Positions 12,663 to 25,974 of a DNA stretch of 64,000 bases are shown here, in pieces. Location of the stretch: positions 682,001 to 746,000 of the forward strand of contig MU054117.1 of NCBI GenBank assembly GCA_013239625.1, given 5' to 3'. The DNA is from Lama guanicoe (taxonomy: Eukaryota). Numbering within the stretch: the stretch's first letter is position 1; each line of letters opens with the position of its first letter. Below the pieces are notes generated by a model. The model made no database searches and was not told the DNA's origin. It saw nothing but the letters and a program-made list of their open reading frames with translations. The translations under genes were made by a program, and so were the position numbers.

Positions 12663-14138
12663 CCAGACACACGGCTCCGCGGCCGTGCGTGGGCCACGTG
12701 GCCCCGGACCGCTCGCAGCCCAGCATCCTCCTCTGGACACGGGTTTACTGACAGTGCCCGCCGAGCAGCACTAGCCTTTGGGGACGAGCACAGGGCCTGC
12801 CCTCCGCACTTCTGTGTCCGAGAAGGAGCCGCAGCGGAGGGCGCCCTTCCCAGAGGCCGATCTGGTACCCGCGGGCGGGGGCAGCAGAGTCCCGGGCCTG
12901 GGGGACCCCGCCCCCTCCTCTTCACGAGCACAGTTTACAGCCTAGACACCCCGGTCTCCCGGGCCATCCCGCACTGCAGACGCCGCACGAGCCCGGGGCG
13001 GCTCCCCTGCCCTCCGAGCGCCGGCTCACTCGCTCACGCGCCCGCACGTTCCTTCACGCCGCACTCACGGTCGCGGGACGAGGAGGATGCTTTGGGGGCG
13101 TTCTCAAGGTAGTTCTACCCCCCTTGACTCTCTCACTGGGTGGGGGTGGGGGCTCTGGAACTGTCCGCGGCGCGACGTGCTTTCTCGGCTTTGGCTGTAA
13201 GGCGGAAACTTCGTCTGAGGCCGTGTTTGGCCTGCTGTCTCCCCAGGGCAGGACAATCGTCCAGTCCTCCGTTCACTGAGTATTTATTAGGCCCCTACTG
13301 GGTACACGCCACTTCTCCAGACGCCGGAGAGAGGGCAGCGAGAGGGACGGCTGTTTCTCGGGCCCTCCCCCCGTAACGACAGCTGGGTCGGGGAGACTCC
13401 CCCCAGGCTTTCTCGGCTGGAGAGGAAGGGAGAGGAAGAGGAAGGGGAACCCGCATCTTCCAGTCCCAGCGGAACACGGGGGCAGAGGTGACAGCAGGAG
13501 ATGAGAAAGACAGACAACAGTGTCCTCATTTACTCCCAGGCCGGGCACCAAGCTTCGGAAATGCCTGGACAGCGGGGGCGGGGGTGCTGCCTCTCCTGGG
13601 AGTAGCACGGGGTCTACGACCCTGGGGGCCCCAGCCTTCGGCCGAGAGCTTACTCAGGCTGGTGCGGAAGTGATGGGTGGCAGGTGGGCAGGCGGGATCC
13701 TGGGTCCCTGGGCCCATCCGTGGAGGACTGGGTGTCCGTGCCCTCAGAGAGCCGGGGGCCAGGGACCAGAGGCGAGCATTTCAAGATCAGAGGCAAACAG
13801 AGGGGCCCAGGACTGTGCTGGCAGGGCCCTGACCGGATGGCCCCTCTCAGGCCCCCGATCAGAGGTGTGAGCAGAGGACGCGGGGACCCCAGGGCCGGTC
13901 CTCACTGAGCTCTGTGTACTTTCAGGGTCTTGAAGTCCCAGCCCTGCACCCCCGCCCTGGAGAGGATCAGCTGGACTAAAATCAGTGTTATTTATGCTCC
14001 TGCTGTGCAGGAGGTGAGGCCGGGGAAGCAAGATCAGCCATGAAGCAGAAACAGCCACCACTCCTGGGCACACGCGGGCTCTGTGGGCGTCCGTTCACAG
14101 CCCACTCCGCACTCATCCGTCCCACGCACGCGGGCGGA

Positions 14139-14421
14139 CAGCCTGCCCCTGGCCGGGCATTGAGCTGGGCTCCCTGCAAGCTGTCCCTCAAGGCACACAG
14201 GGACGCCCGGCGAGGACAGCGACAGAGGTACAAGCCAGGCGGGGACGGAGGGGCACTGGCGGAAGGTGCTGGGACGCGGTAACATCTCAGGTCACCAGCC
14301 TGCCCCTGGCCGGGCACTGAGCTGCGCTCCCTGCAAGCTGTCCCTCAAGGCACACAGGGACGCCCGGCGGGGACGGAGGGGCACTGGCGGAAGGTGCTGA
14401 GACGCGGTAACATCTCAGGTC
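14139..14421. repeat. Recent two-copy tandem duplication (155 nt and 126 nt)
   Basis: 14139-14293 and 14296-14421 are near-identical except for a 29-nt indel bounded by ggcg microhomology. Confidence 0.95.
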
Positions 14422-14967
14422 CTCGACAGGAGCTTGAGTTCTCCAGAGGGAGGCGTGGGGACCCAGGGACAGAGGCAGAGAAGGGCCCCATGCAATGCCT
14501 CGAAGTGCGAGAGACCAGGGCACGACCCGGGGCTGCGGGGAGTCCGTGTGGTTGGAACCACGGGACGTGTGGGCGGCGGGGCTGGCAGGGCAGACGGGGC
14601 GGGAGAGCTGGGTCCCCAGAAGGTTCCGGAGCAGCAGTGTCAGACCCCACGTGCCCCCACCTCACATGCTCCACAAATGTGGAGTGGCCGAGAGCAGCCA
14701 GTGACCACACTGGACGTCACCTTGTAAGGGAGGGACACACACGACGTTCCACAGCCTCCGAGGCCCGGGGCTGCTCACGTCCTGATGCTCAGACTCAACA
14801 ATTAGCCTGGTCTGATCCCTGAGCCGCCTTCTGACAGCCGTGAGGAACAGAAGCAGCGCCTCCAAAGGACCCCTCGCTCAGCCCCCCGCCAGGTCAATAC
14901 CCTGAGCCCTGGGCTGGGCGTGGAGCCGGTGGCTGCAGGAAGGGAGGGCGGCGTGCATCTCACTCAC

Positions 14968-14994
14968 CTGAACTTGGACTTGGAGATCCGGTGG
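14968..14994 (-). CDS. CACNA1C: CACNA1C exon 11 microexon (27 nt): HRISKSKFS
   Basis: Acceptor tttttccctttcag|C, donor CAG|gtgagt; phase 2 to 2; links exons 10 and 12 in frame. Confidence 0.94.
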
Positions 14995-17900
14995 CTGAAA
15001 GGGAAAAAGGACATGTCACCAAACAATACACATCTCCCTCTGTGTCTCAGACGCTCCCGGGGCGCCACGTGGGGGCTGGGTGGACGGGGCGTGACCTGCA
15101 CTTTGGAGAGAGAACCCCGTTCGTCGGCACCTCCCAGCGTGTTTGTGTGTGGACGTGGGGACGAGGCCGGCCCAGCCGACAAGCCTTCAGACCTAGCATG
15201 TTCTATGTGGAGACCTGGTCCCTGGAGAGGGGTGCCGCGTCCTCGGACCATCAGTGACGGCTGGGCAGTGTGTCAAGGGCAGTTCCCCAAGCACAGGAAG
15301 GCCCCCCTGCAGCTGCGGGGCCTCGCCAGCTGGAAACGTGGGCAGGACCACCTGGCAGAGACCCCAGCACTGTCTGGACAGGAGCCCGGCCAGCGCCAGC
15401 ATAAGCTGGGGAGGGGCTGGAGCCACCGCGGCCCGGGCCAGCACACACCCCGGGCGCTGGCAGGCACGCGCGGCCCTGGGAACCTGGGACTTGTGGGCAG
15501 AAGCACCGGCAGGTGTGCTGGTGGCTGGCTCAGGGTCCTGGTGGGGGCCCACTGAAAGGTGGACCCTCCGAGGAGGCCCCGAGGCCTGGGAGGCTGGGTG
15601 GGGGTGGGCTGGGAGCAGCGCGTGCAGGGCGCGTGTCAGGAGGGCCCTGGTGTCTAGGGAGGGAGCGCCGGCCGGCTGTGGGGTGGCGGGGCCTGGATGG
15701 GAGCCCCAGGCGCCAGGCAGCGATGAAGAGGGGACAGAGACGGGCTGTCCCAGCTCAGCACAATCGGCTCTGCTGCAACGCGAGGAACCACCCCTCCCTG
15801 TTTTTTATTAAAAGAAATTGAACCAGAAGGTGTGACAGGTGGCAGAGCCGTCGTGCATGAGATGATTGTGTCTCTGGGGCACGGAGAATGTCCCTGCTCT
15901 GAACCGCCAGCTAATAACCTTTCCCACCCAAAGACGCCTGCGAGGGCCGCAGGGTTTACTTTAACGCTAACGTGGCGTGTGGGGGGAGACCTGGGCCGCG
16001 GGCAGCGTTTTTACTCGGAGCCACAGTTTCACGGGAAACAAACGTGCTCCAGCTGCTCCTGGGTGGTGCAGGCGGGGGCTCCCTCCTCCAGCCGGGCCAG
16101 GCTGAGCGGGGCCAGCGGGGCTGCCCCCTGCTCGCTGGGCAGCAGATTCTCCTCGCTGAGGGACACAGCCGCAGTGGACAGTGTGGCCTTCAGCCCGGCG
16201 GCTCCGATACAGGGCTGGCCCGGCCCCCGCCTTCTCCCAGAGATTCTCAGCGGTCCTCTCTGGGGCCTTCGATGCAGACCCCTCCCGCGAGGCTCCCTCT
16301 TAGATCAAGTGGGTCGTGAGCAAAAGCGGGTTCTTCAAAAGTCCTGTGTGGGGCCTCCGAGGTCTGAGTGTCCTCGTCTGAAACGCGGGCACGGGTGGAC
16401 CAGGGCTCCTGTTTGGAATGAGGTCCCAGCTGGGCAAGGTCACTGGCTACGGGTCCTCCCTGGGCGCTCTGGGACGCTCTGAACAGGAGGGAATGGAGCG
16501 AGCCTGCCCCGTCCACAGCTGCGTGCCCCAGCACGCTGCCCGGGCGCCACACTGGGGCCTGAGCTTCGCCATGGTAGCTCATCTCAGCCTGGCAGTGCAC
16601 TTCACCCTTGCTGGGCCGGAAGCACCCACTGCCTTTAAGCGCTGTGTTACTGATGCCGTCACGTAGGAAGGGGCGCTGCTCGCCGGGCCTGTGTCTGGAG
16701 TCAGACGACCCAGCCCTTGGAGACCGAGGTCGGAGTCTCCGCCCGGGGCCTGGCACTCCCTGTGCAGGAGGGGTCAGCACAGGGCCCACCTGGTGAAGAC
16801 GGGGGACCCGGTCTCCACAGCCTTCACCTCCCACGACGTGAGTCCGGCTCAGGGTCTGGAGAGCTGGTTGCCCCACGGGGTGGCCTCGAGAGAGGGAGCA
16901 TGTGGCACCGTAGCTGCACCCTCACCCTGCGCCTCGGCCGCGGGGCTGGTGCTTCCTCCTGGTCTGAGACCCCTCGGAGTCCTCGCTCCCCACTTGCTCC
17001 CCGCGTTGCACAGGAGTTCTCGACGCACACGGAGGTGGAGAAAGCGGGTAACTCGCAGAAGACCATGCGCACAGCCCCGCGCTGGACCCTGGCGTACGTT
17101 CAACTGCAGGTGCTCTCGGCCTCCGAGACGAACCTTCCAGAAGCCATGCCACCCGCCTTCCCGAGCGTGGCCGCCAGGGACGCACATCCAGCGTCTCACG
17201 CGCTGGTCTGTGTGCTTCCAAAAGGGGAGAAGACTTGGAAAAAGCTCAAGCTGCTGCTTAAGAACGTAATTAGCACCGTATTTTAACAGCACTTTGACAA
17301 TAATTGCTTCCCAGCCGTGCAGACTCCCGGTGTCGGCTGAGTGACGGCGGCCGTGTGCTGGGAACGCGGCCTGCTCCCTCCCGTCTCCTCCGCTCCTGCT
17401 TAGACAGCCTGCAGCTGACCTCGGCGAGAGGGCTGGGTTCGCCCAGAAGTGGGGTTGTTTCAGGGGGAAGAGGCGAACTCGGCTCTCCTTCCACGGGTGG
17501 AGCCATTCGGACTCAGCTTGCTCGGGGCTGGCTCCACGCACAGCCCTCTGGGGACCAGGTGAGCGGCCCCCACCTCCCGCAGAGGGGCCTGAACGCTGCA
17601 GGGGCCTCGGGCTCAAGGTCAGCGGGACCCCCACCTGCACGCCTTGTCTGCGGCCTCTGCCTTCTGAGACACCAGGAATGAGACCAGCGGTCACATCCTT
17701 TCCCTTCGCTTCCTGGTGGGGGGGCAGTCCCTTGGGACGGCACCGTCCACCTTTAAGACCAAGACGGGTGACTGATGCGTCCTGTGAGCTGTTCCTCGCA
17801 CCCCAAGCCCAGTCCTGGGCTCAGGGCAGCCCAGGCGGACGGGGCCGGGCTTCCCGCCAGGGAGGGGACGTGTGGGAGGAGGCGGCGCACCCCAGGCTGC

Positions 17901-18315
17901 GCAGGAGGGGCTTATCAGTTCGGGTCTGCACTCCAGACGCCTGTGCCTCCCTTCAGCGGCTGGACCACCCAGAGCTGCGGGGGAGGCCCCTTTACCGTCT
18001 CCCAGTTAGCTTCTTGCCTGTCGGCGTGTCTTCCAGGTACGTTTATCAGAATGGGAAGCACCTGGGAACCCTGACAAAGCTGCCTCTGGTGAGAGGGGGC
18101 AAGGGCTGGGGAGAAAGGGCCCTTAGAGCCCCACGCCCACCTCACCCTCCTGGACGCTCTGTTTCTCTGATGGCCCCGGGAGTGCAGGACAACAGAGCCG
18201 CCCCCAGCCCAGGGCCACCCCAACCCCGGCGCCCTCCCCGCACAGGCACCGGTCGGTGGGCTGCGGGCTCTGACCCCTGCCCGCCCCAGCAAGGGCCCGG
18301 CCCCGGTCCTACTCA

Positions 18316-18618
<303 letters not shown>

Positions 18619-21600
18619 TCAGGGGGACTGTGGGGGGACACTAGGTGGTACGATCGTTCACTCAGGGGAGACCCTGGGCACCACTGACCCCCACCCTGCC
18701 CTCGATGCCGCACCCTCGCAGAAGCTGTGCACGCCCTTCCATTTGTGCCCACTCCTCGCCATAAAAACGAGGTTTCATGAAAACATTTTAGTTTTCTTAT
18801 TTCTTTCCACCCACCAGTCCTCAGGGGCATCCTCCCCACCCTTAGGGTCCAGCCTGTCTGCAGAAAGGGCGCTCTGCCACGGGTGTGAACTACGAGGTGG
18901 ACCGGGAGGACCGGCCCTGGTCCTGACTCCCGAGTCCCACACGCCGGGTCCGGGGTCAGCTACCTCCTGAAGGGAGCATCGCGTCCAGGACGCGAGCCGG
19001 CTCCGCAGACACAGGGCAGAGGCGCAGACGTGGGGGAGACGCCAAACTTCGTTCAAGTGTGGCCTGAAGACAGCCGGCAAGAGCGCCCCGTCCGCGTCCC
19101 GGGGGGACCTCAAGGGGCCGACGCGGGACCCAACCCCCACCCGAGCCCCGACAGCGGCCGCCCCGCAGGCCCAGGCCCCCCAGGGCGCAGGGCTGAGCTC
19201 CCAGAGCGGCAGCCGTTTTCTCACTTGGAACCCAGTTTGGTGGCTCAGAAAAAGCCACTTCTTTCACGATTATTTTTACTCCAAATAAAAGTTTAGCCCC
19301 AAAGAACCCTCCCTCTTCCTTTCACCTCTATGACCCTTACTCAATACGACGCAACTTGCTTATTTCCCAGCCTTGTTCCTTAGAACGGCCGTCGCAGCCT
19401 CGGTCCTGGGTCAGCTCTGCTTGAAGCAAGGTCAGGGGCCCTCAGCCCTCAGAACCTGCAACTAGCAAGGTGTGGCGTCTAGGGACGTGGCACCAGGGAC
19501 AAGCCCCCCGGGGCCGCCGCCGTCCGGAAGGGGCTGGTTACGTGGGTAACAGCCGTAGGCGCCGCGTTGCCGGACGTGGGTTTTCCCCGGCTTTTTCCCG
19601 ATTGGATGCCGTCAGGACAGGCAGGTGGGGTGCCCCGCTCAGAGGCGAGGGGACACGGGAAAGCCCACGACCTAGCACACGTCTGACTCGTGTGTCCACA
19701 TGACTCCCTCCCACGAAGTCGGGCAAAAGCAACTCCAGACGAAGCTTCATGCGCCCAGCCCCACCCGGCCCCCTCTGGTCACAGGACAGGGAAGTGAGGT
19801 CCAGGTGCCCGGGCGACACAGGGACTCGGGGCTGGGGCTGGAGCGCAAGGGTCACGACCGCTCCCCGGGCCTGGGACCCAGAGGTCGCCTTGGAGTCCTC
19901 TTGGAGACTGGGAGTCCAGGTCGGCCCCGGGTGGGATTACTGAGGCTGGACCCCATTCTGGGGGAGGCGGCCAGCCTGCCTCCCCCACAGGCCACTCAGA
20001 TGATGGATGGCTTGGAAACTGAGGCGGAAACAGGGCAGAGGACCCGGGGCCCGAGGGCACCTTTCTGCTAAAGACAACCCCTCCTGCCCCGAGGAGCTGC
20101 TCCCCTGCAGGCGGGGCCGCGAGTGCAGAGCGTGTGCAGAGCGACGTGGTCCGTCCTGGAAGGATGCTGAGAGGAGGCTGGCTGTCTGACTTTCCACCTT
20201 CGCCACCAGGTGTCGGGGCTCAAACGTGGGTCTTTGGGCTGCCCTGCCCCAGGCTTCCGCTGAGCAGATTCCAAAAGAAAATGAGATTTCTGTGAAAGAG
20301 TAATTAATAGCTGGAAACATAATTGCATCTTTAGAAATGTCACCGTTGGCTGTGACGAGCAACATTGACTCTATCTTGCCGAGAACGATCACCGCCTCGG
20401 ATTAACGTCTTCTCTCCCCAGACCGTCTACTCTGGTGGCGATGCGCTTGCTCGGGGCCTAGTAGGACTGGACTTCTGTGTCTCCAGGGAGGTGCGTGGCG
20501 GTCACGTCGCAGGAGCCGATGCCGTCCCTGCTTGGCTTTGAGAGCAGTCGTGTGGGGCCTGGGTGGCTGGAGGAACCACTTCCACCACGAGATAATCAAA
20601 CTGGAAATCGCATGAACCACGCTGCGGGGTGCAGAGGGTCCGAGCGGTCATGGAGCCTGGCGACCCCAGAGCATCAGGGCTGGCAAGCCCTCTGAGGGTT
20701 TGCTCCACACCTGGGGACCCTCTGTCACTGAAGGTACGGCCCTGCCCTCTGCCTCAGACCTTTCTGTGCGTCCTGGGTGAGTGGGCATGTGAGGGAGTGA
20801 GGGACGAAACTGGGGGAGGTGGATGGGCCTGCCAGGTGGGACGGCTTCACACTCATCCTGGGCGGGGCTCTGTGGGCCCCCCGAGGCCGTCAGCAGGAAC
20901 GGCCAGCCTCTCCGGAGGTTGCTGAGAGCTGAGCTGGCAGCCTCGTGAGCGGGTCGGAGGGCCCAGCAGTGAGGTCAGTCTCTCACCTCCTCTTGTCGGA
21001 GGGGGCTGGGGCATCAGGCCGGACCTCCCGGGCAGCTGCGGGCCATTTCTCCCCCAGCCCGACTCCCCTGGGGCCCAGCGGGTGGTCCTGGGTCGGCCCC
21101 GTGGCGGGACCCCACTGTCCTTGCCTCTGCCGGCTCTTGGATGGACCTGGAGACGTTATGCTGCCGTTAACTCGGCCGGACGCCCGCTGTGTCACCGTTT
21201 TCGCGTGAGTGGTGTAGTTTGAGGTCCCCTCCTGAAAGTACTAATCAGGACCATTCACAGGCAAAGGGCTCGCCGACTCTAACCCGGGGTCCCCACGCCC
21301 GCAGCCGGCTCCGCTCCACCTCTGACGGCTGCACGCGCGCCCTCAGGATTCATCAAGAGACAACAAACCAGCATGGGTAAAAAGACAGGCCCGGCTGATC
21401 GAAAACCATCGGAAGGTAAATATAAAACAGGATTGAATATTAAGAAGCCCAACAAAGCGGCCTCATTAAAAAGGCCCAGCAGATCTCAACGCGTCGGGGA
21501 CATAACCATCACCGCTGTAACCCGGGCGGGGGGGGGCGCCTGCCCCGGTGCAGACGCAGCTCCAAGACGAAGCCCAGATGCCGTGCTCCAGCAGCCGTGA

Positions 21601-22239
21601 GCACCCCACGCCCGAGCAGAGCTCTCTCCATTGTGACGGCACCACCGCACTGGGCCACCTCGGGGACGCCGGGGGTGCGGGCGCGGGGGAGTCCGGGCCG
21701 GTGCACCGGACGAAGGTCTGCACTCGGGCACACGTCCGTCCCCCGTCCTCTCCCACCCGCCCCACCGTCCTGAGGGTGACGGGGCAGCACGGGGTGGGAC
21801 CATGGTCACAGAGGAGGGGCTGGACACCCTGAGGGAAACCGCTCACTGCGACCTCAGGGGTGAGACCAGATCTTCCAGACGTGGGTGACGGTGGCCATCC
21901 TGGGCAGGATTCCTTTGGAAACCCAGTCGTTTCAGGCATGACGCTACTTTAGGTTGGGGACACGTTAGTCTAGATCCCAAGGCCAGGTTTAGCAGAGGCT
22001 CAGCCGTGCGGTGTGGCACAAGAGGGACAGAGAATGGCTTGTCCCCAGTGCCTCCGACCCAGGCCCGCCATGTCTCCTGGTCACCCCCTCCTCTCAGGGC
22101 TTGGCTCCCCGCCAGACTGCGAATCCTCCCGGGACGCGGAAGGCAGTCGTGTCTATGTGCACAGCGACGGCCACGGCTCGGCTTCCCACCCCTCGCCACA
22201 GGCCAGCTACTCGTCCACGCAGCTCGCTCGTGTGATCTG

Positions 22240-22380
22240 ACTGAAGCCTCCAAACCACCCCACGAGAGATGATATGTCCCCGTTATGTTTCCAGTTTACA
22301 GATCAGGAAACTGAGGCTTAGAGAACGAAGCTGCTTACCAAAAACGAGCAGCTAACACGAGGTGGGATGTGAACCCGCGC
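22240..22380. mobile_element. MIR SINE fragment
   Basis: MIR core ccagtttacagatcaggaaactgaggcttagaga. Confidence 0.7.
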
Positions 22381-22574
22381 AGGTGTCATGCTGGGTCTAC
22401 CCTCGTGTGAATCCGATGAACCCATGAAGTCCTTTCCTGATCAGGAGAGAGGCCAGGCTCCTGCGGACGTGCTGGGATCCCAGAGAGGAGTGGAGGGCAG
22501 ACAGTGCAGGTGGGGTCCTGGGAGAGGCCACGGATTTTAGCACCCTGCCCGGGGGACGTGGAGCAGGGGACCAG

Positions 22575-22800
22575 AAGCCGGGGCTCTGGAGCCAGGTGGC
22601 CTGAGTGTGCGTCCCGACTCTGCTGCTTTGGAGCTATGTGACCTGGGAGGTGTGACCCTTCCTCTGTGGCTCAGTTTCCCCCACATTGCAGGGCTAAAAG
22701 GGATGGGCCAGATCTTTCTTTTACAGTGGAGAACATATGGCCCAGAGAGGGTCAGTGACTTGCTCAGGGTCACACAGCTAGTCAGCGGTGGAGGTCTGGC
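22575..22800. mobile_element. Two adjacent MIR fragments in opposite orientation
   Basis: ggctctggagcca...tgtgacctggg...ctcagtttcccc followed by ttttacag...ggcccagagagggtcagtgacttgctcagggtcacacagctagt. Confidence 0.7.
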
Positions 22801-24471
22801 CCCCTACCCACCAGCCAGTTCTGCCTCCTTTCCTGACCTGCCCTTCACCCCCATCACCGAGAGGCCAAAAGCCCACCCTTGATGGTCCCAGCTGAGCACA
22901 GGCCCAGGGCTCCCTCCCTCTGGTGGGTGCATCACACCGTGCCAGGCCTGTGCTGTGCACGGCGGCCAACAGAGCTCACGATTCACACTCACTTCCTCTC
23001 TTTTTCGGCCCCGTCTCCCCTTCACCGTTTTCTGTTGCTCAGGACAATTCTGACCCGGGTCAGACCTCCCCAAGGAGGCCCTGCAGGGGCACAGCACACC
23101 CTGGAGGACGCGGGTCCCATGGAGGGGCGTCTTGAGCAGGAGCCGTACCCCTTCCCCAGGCTCTCAGCCTCGCCCCCCTCCAGCAGGAAGGAAATTGCTG
23201 CCTTAAATTTCCAGGCTGGCTGCACTCACGGCGTTTATGGGCAGTGAGTCACTTCAGCTCCCCACCGCACAGGGCCTCCTCTGCCCCATAACTTCACGAG
23301 CGTGTTCATGGGCAGCTGTCAGAATGTCGATCTGTCTGCCGGCTTCTGCGCCAAGTCCATCAACACTGATCACTCTCCCGGCTCTGCCTGCTGGACGTCC
23401 GGGACTCGGGGCCCCGGTCAGGATGTGCACCCCGGGTCTCTTGTCTCACGTCTTCTGTCGAGACATTCCAGCAGCACCGCAGGGTTGCTCCAGAGCCCGT
23501 GCCCCTGGCAAAGGCCAGGAGGCTGTGCCCCGTCCTGCGTGGGCCAGCTCCGACAGGACCACGTTCACGGGGGCGGCCCGCAGTCGAGGTCTGGGGTGGG
23601 CAAGGGCCGAGCCCACATTCTAGGAAGACGCTGGGGAGGATTCGTTCAGAAGAGGTGGGTCAGGGGACCTTGTCATCATCTTCAAACACGGGAGGAGGGT
23701 GCTGCCTACCGAGGTCGTCCTGCAAGGAACAGGCCCCAGAGGAGGAGGAGGGGTGGAGGGCGAAGATTCTGCCCTCACGTAAGGAACCACCCCAGGCCGG
23801 CCTGGCTGCCCTCGGAGACAAGGGTGCTCATTGCTGGAGGCCTTCAAGCACTTGCGGGATCAGAGAGCTGATTCCAAAGATTCCTTTCCTGACTGTCCGT
23901 GGGGGAGGGGCCCTGGGGCCCTGTTCCCTCAGCACCCCGTTGTGTCTCATCCTCACGGCTGCCCTGCCCGTCAGCCTGTCCCCCAGGCGCCCCCGGCCTG
24001 CAATCTGGTCTCACTCTTTCTGGAGCCTCCGTGCCCATTTCCCTCCCATGCCCTTGGGTCAGCCCTGGCCTCTAGGACGGCCCGCGTGGCCAGTCTGGCC
24101 TCATGCGCTCCACGGAGGCCCGCCTGGTGCAGGGCCTGCCGGGGGCTGTGAGGTCAGCCCTGCTGGGAGCCCGGCCTCCCCAGGACCCCTGCCCTCCAGT
24201 CTGGCCCTCGTGGAGCTCTTCCTCCAGATCCGCAGCTCGGCGTCCAGTTCACACGGTGCTTTTCTGTGTGCGCCACGTGGACCGACCTCCTGAATCTGCA
24301 CCACCACCCAGGGAGGTGGCCGGGCCCAGTGTGCAGGCCGCCTGCAGGCAAGGCAGCTGCCCTGGGAGGGAGCAGGGCCGGGGGAAGACCAGGGCCCGCA
24401 CTGTGGCTCTGGAGGGATGGAGAGTGAGGCTCTCCCCGCCCGGCCGCCAGGCCTGCCGCGCACTCCGCTCC

Positions 24472-24508
24472 CCTGTCCGGTCCTGTCCGGTCCTGTCCGG
24501 TCCTGTCC
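24472..24508. repeat. 10-bp tandem repeat (CCTGTCCGGT), about 3.7 copies
   Basis: Read directly. Confidence 0.9.
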
Positions 24509-25974
24509 ACCGAAGCTTCAGGGGGCAGGGTGCCGTCTGTGGTGCTGTCCGACTCCCGGGGAAACGGCGGGAGCCCGCAGGGTTGGGAGCAGACTTGCAC
24601 CTTCCGCTGGGGTGAGGGACGGGAGGCGCCCCCCACACACCCGCTGGCCTCGCCTCAGAGCGGGGCGTGTGCACATCCTTGGGGGGCCGGGCAGCCCGCC
24701 TCGTCCACTCACAGTCTCCCCAGAGCCGGCCTTCTCGAGGCCCTTCCTTGTCATGGGCTGGCTCGGGGAAGGCCTGCGGCGGGTGACCGAGCAGAGGAGA
24801 ACCGAACCCAGACCATGCTCACAGGGAGAGCAGGGGGACTGAATGCCGGCTGGTGCCTCTCCGTCCACTGAGCGGCCCTGCCCTCGGTCCTTCCTCTCAG
24901 GACTGAGCTGGAATCGAAGGCATCGCCCCCTGACGTCTACTCCCTTTCTCCGGACTCTTGGAACTCTCCTGTAGCCTCTCAGGAGACGTGAGGCTGACTG
25001 CTCCTCCTTTAGGAGAGAGAAATGCTTTGAAACCTGGAGAACAGGGGCCACGTGGTCAACAAGCCAGAGGCCCGGAGGCGCCGGCAGGACGCGGATGCCC
25101 ACGCTCATAAATGACCTCAAAGGGAGGCCGGCCTTGGGGTCAGCTGGGCCTTGCTGCCTGGGGCCCAGCGCTGCCCTGGTCACTGTTCCTGCCTGAGTCC
25201 TGGGTCCTGTGAGGCCCATGCTGAGGGCTCAGTGGCCCAGGAAACCCAAATGGAGCTTCCGGTTTCAGGCTGGAGTCCTGGGCGCGGGAGGTGGGACATG
25301 AGGCAGGCTTTTCACCGAGGAAGGGGCGTGCTGGCGGTGCGGTCTGCACCCGGAGCAGGTGCAGGTGGGGCTGCACCGTGGCAGGGCCGTGGGCAAATTC
25401 AGGCAGCTCCGTTCCTTCTGCGGCTTGCGTTGTAGGAGAAATTCTTCTCTGATGGTTCCCTAAAAAGGTGTGAGGACACGGCGTCCACTTGGTCTGCGGA
25501 AGCAGGAAGATTTAGTCCAGCAGCGCCGTAGGAGAGCGAGCATCCTGTCAGGAGGACCCAGCGCAGAGTCGCAGTCTGGGCGGTGAGGAAGGAGCGTTGG
25601 GGGAGGGAGGCGGCAGAGGGTGCGCACTGGAGCTGGGGGGTACGCCAGGGGAGGGGAGAGCCTCTGGGGCGGCTTCCTGCGCGGAGCTGCTATGGCTCAT
25701 GCTTTGAAGGCAGAGATGACGATGTTATCAGGGTGCTGGCTCCGGGAGGGAGCAGGCCATGCTGGGAGAGGCCGCCCAGAGCTCTCACGGAGAGGACACT
25801 TCCTCCTTTCGGCCCCCCGCTGCCCAGCCGAGAGGCAGAGAGCCGCTTCCCTCCCTGGCCCAGGCCCCCATCACTCTGGAGCACAGGACTCAAGTAGAAA
25901 GACGGGGCGGCGGGGCTCCGGGGCTCCGGGCGGTCAGGTGCTCGGGGGGCTACAGAAAGCCGGGTGGTCTGAGC

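Noticed and set aside
22385-22465. cctttcctgatcagg segment as a possible exon 9*
   Set aside because: Only a short chance match next to a MIR; it does not translate to the exon 9* peptide
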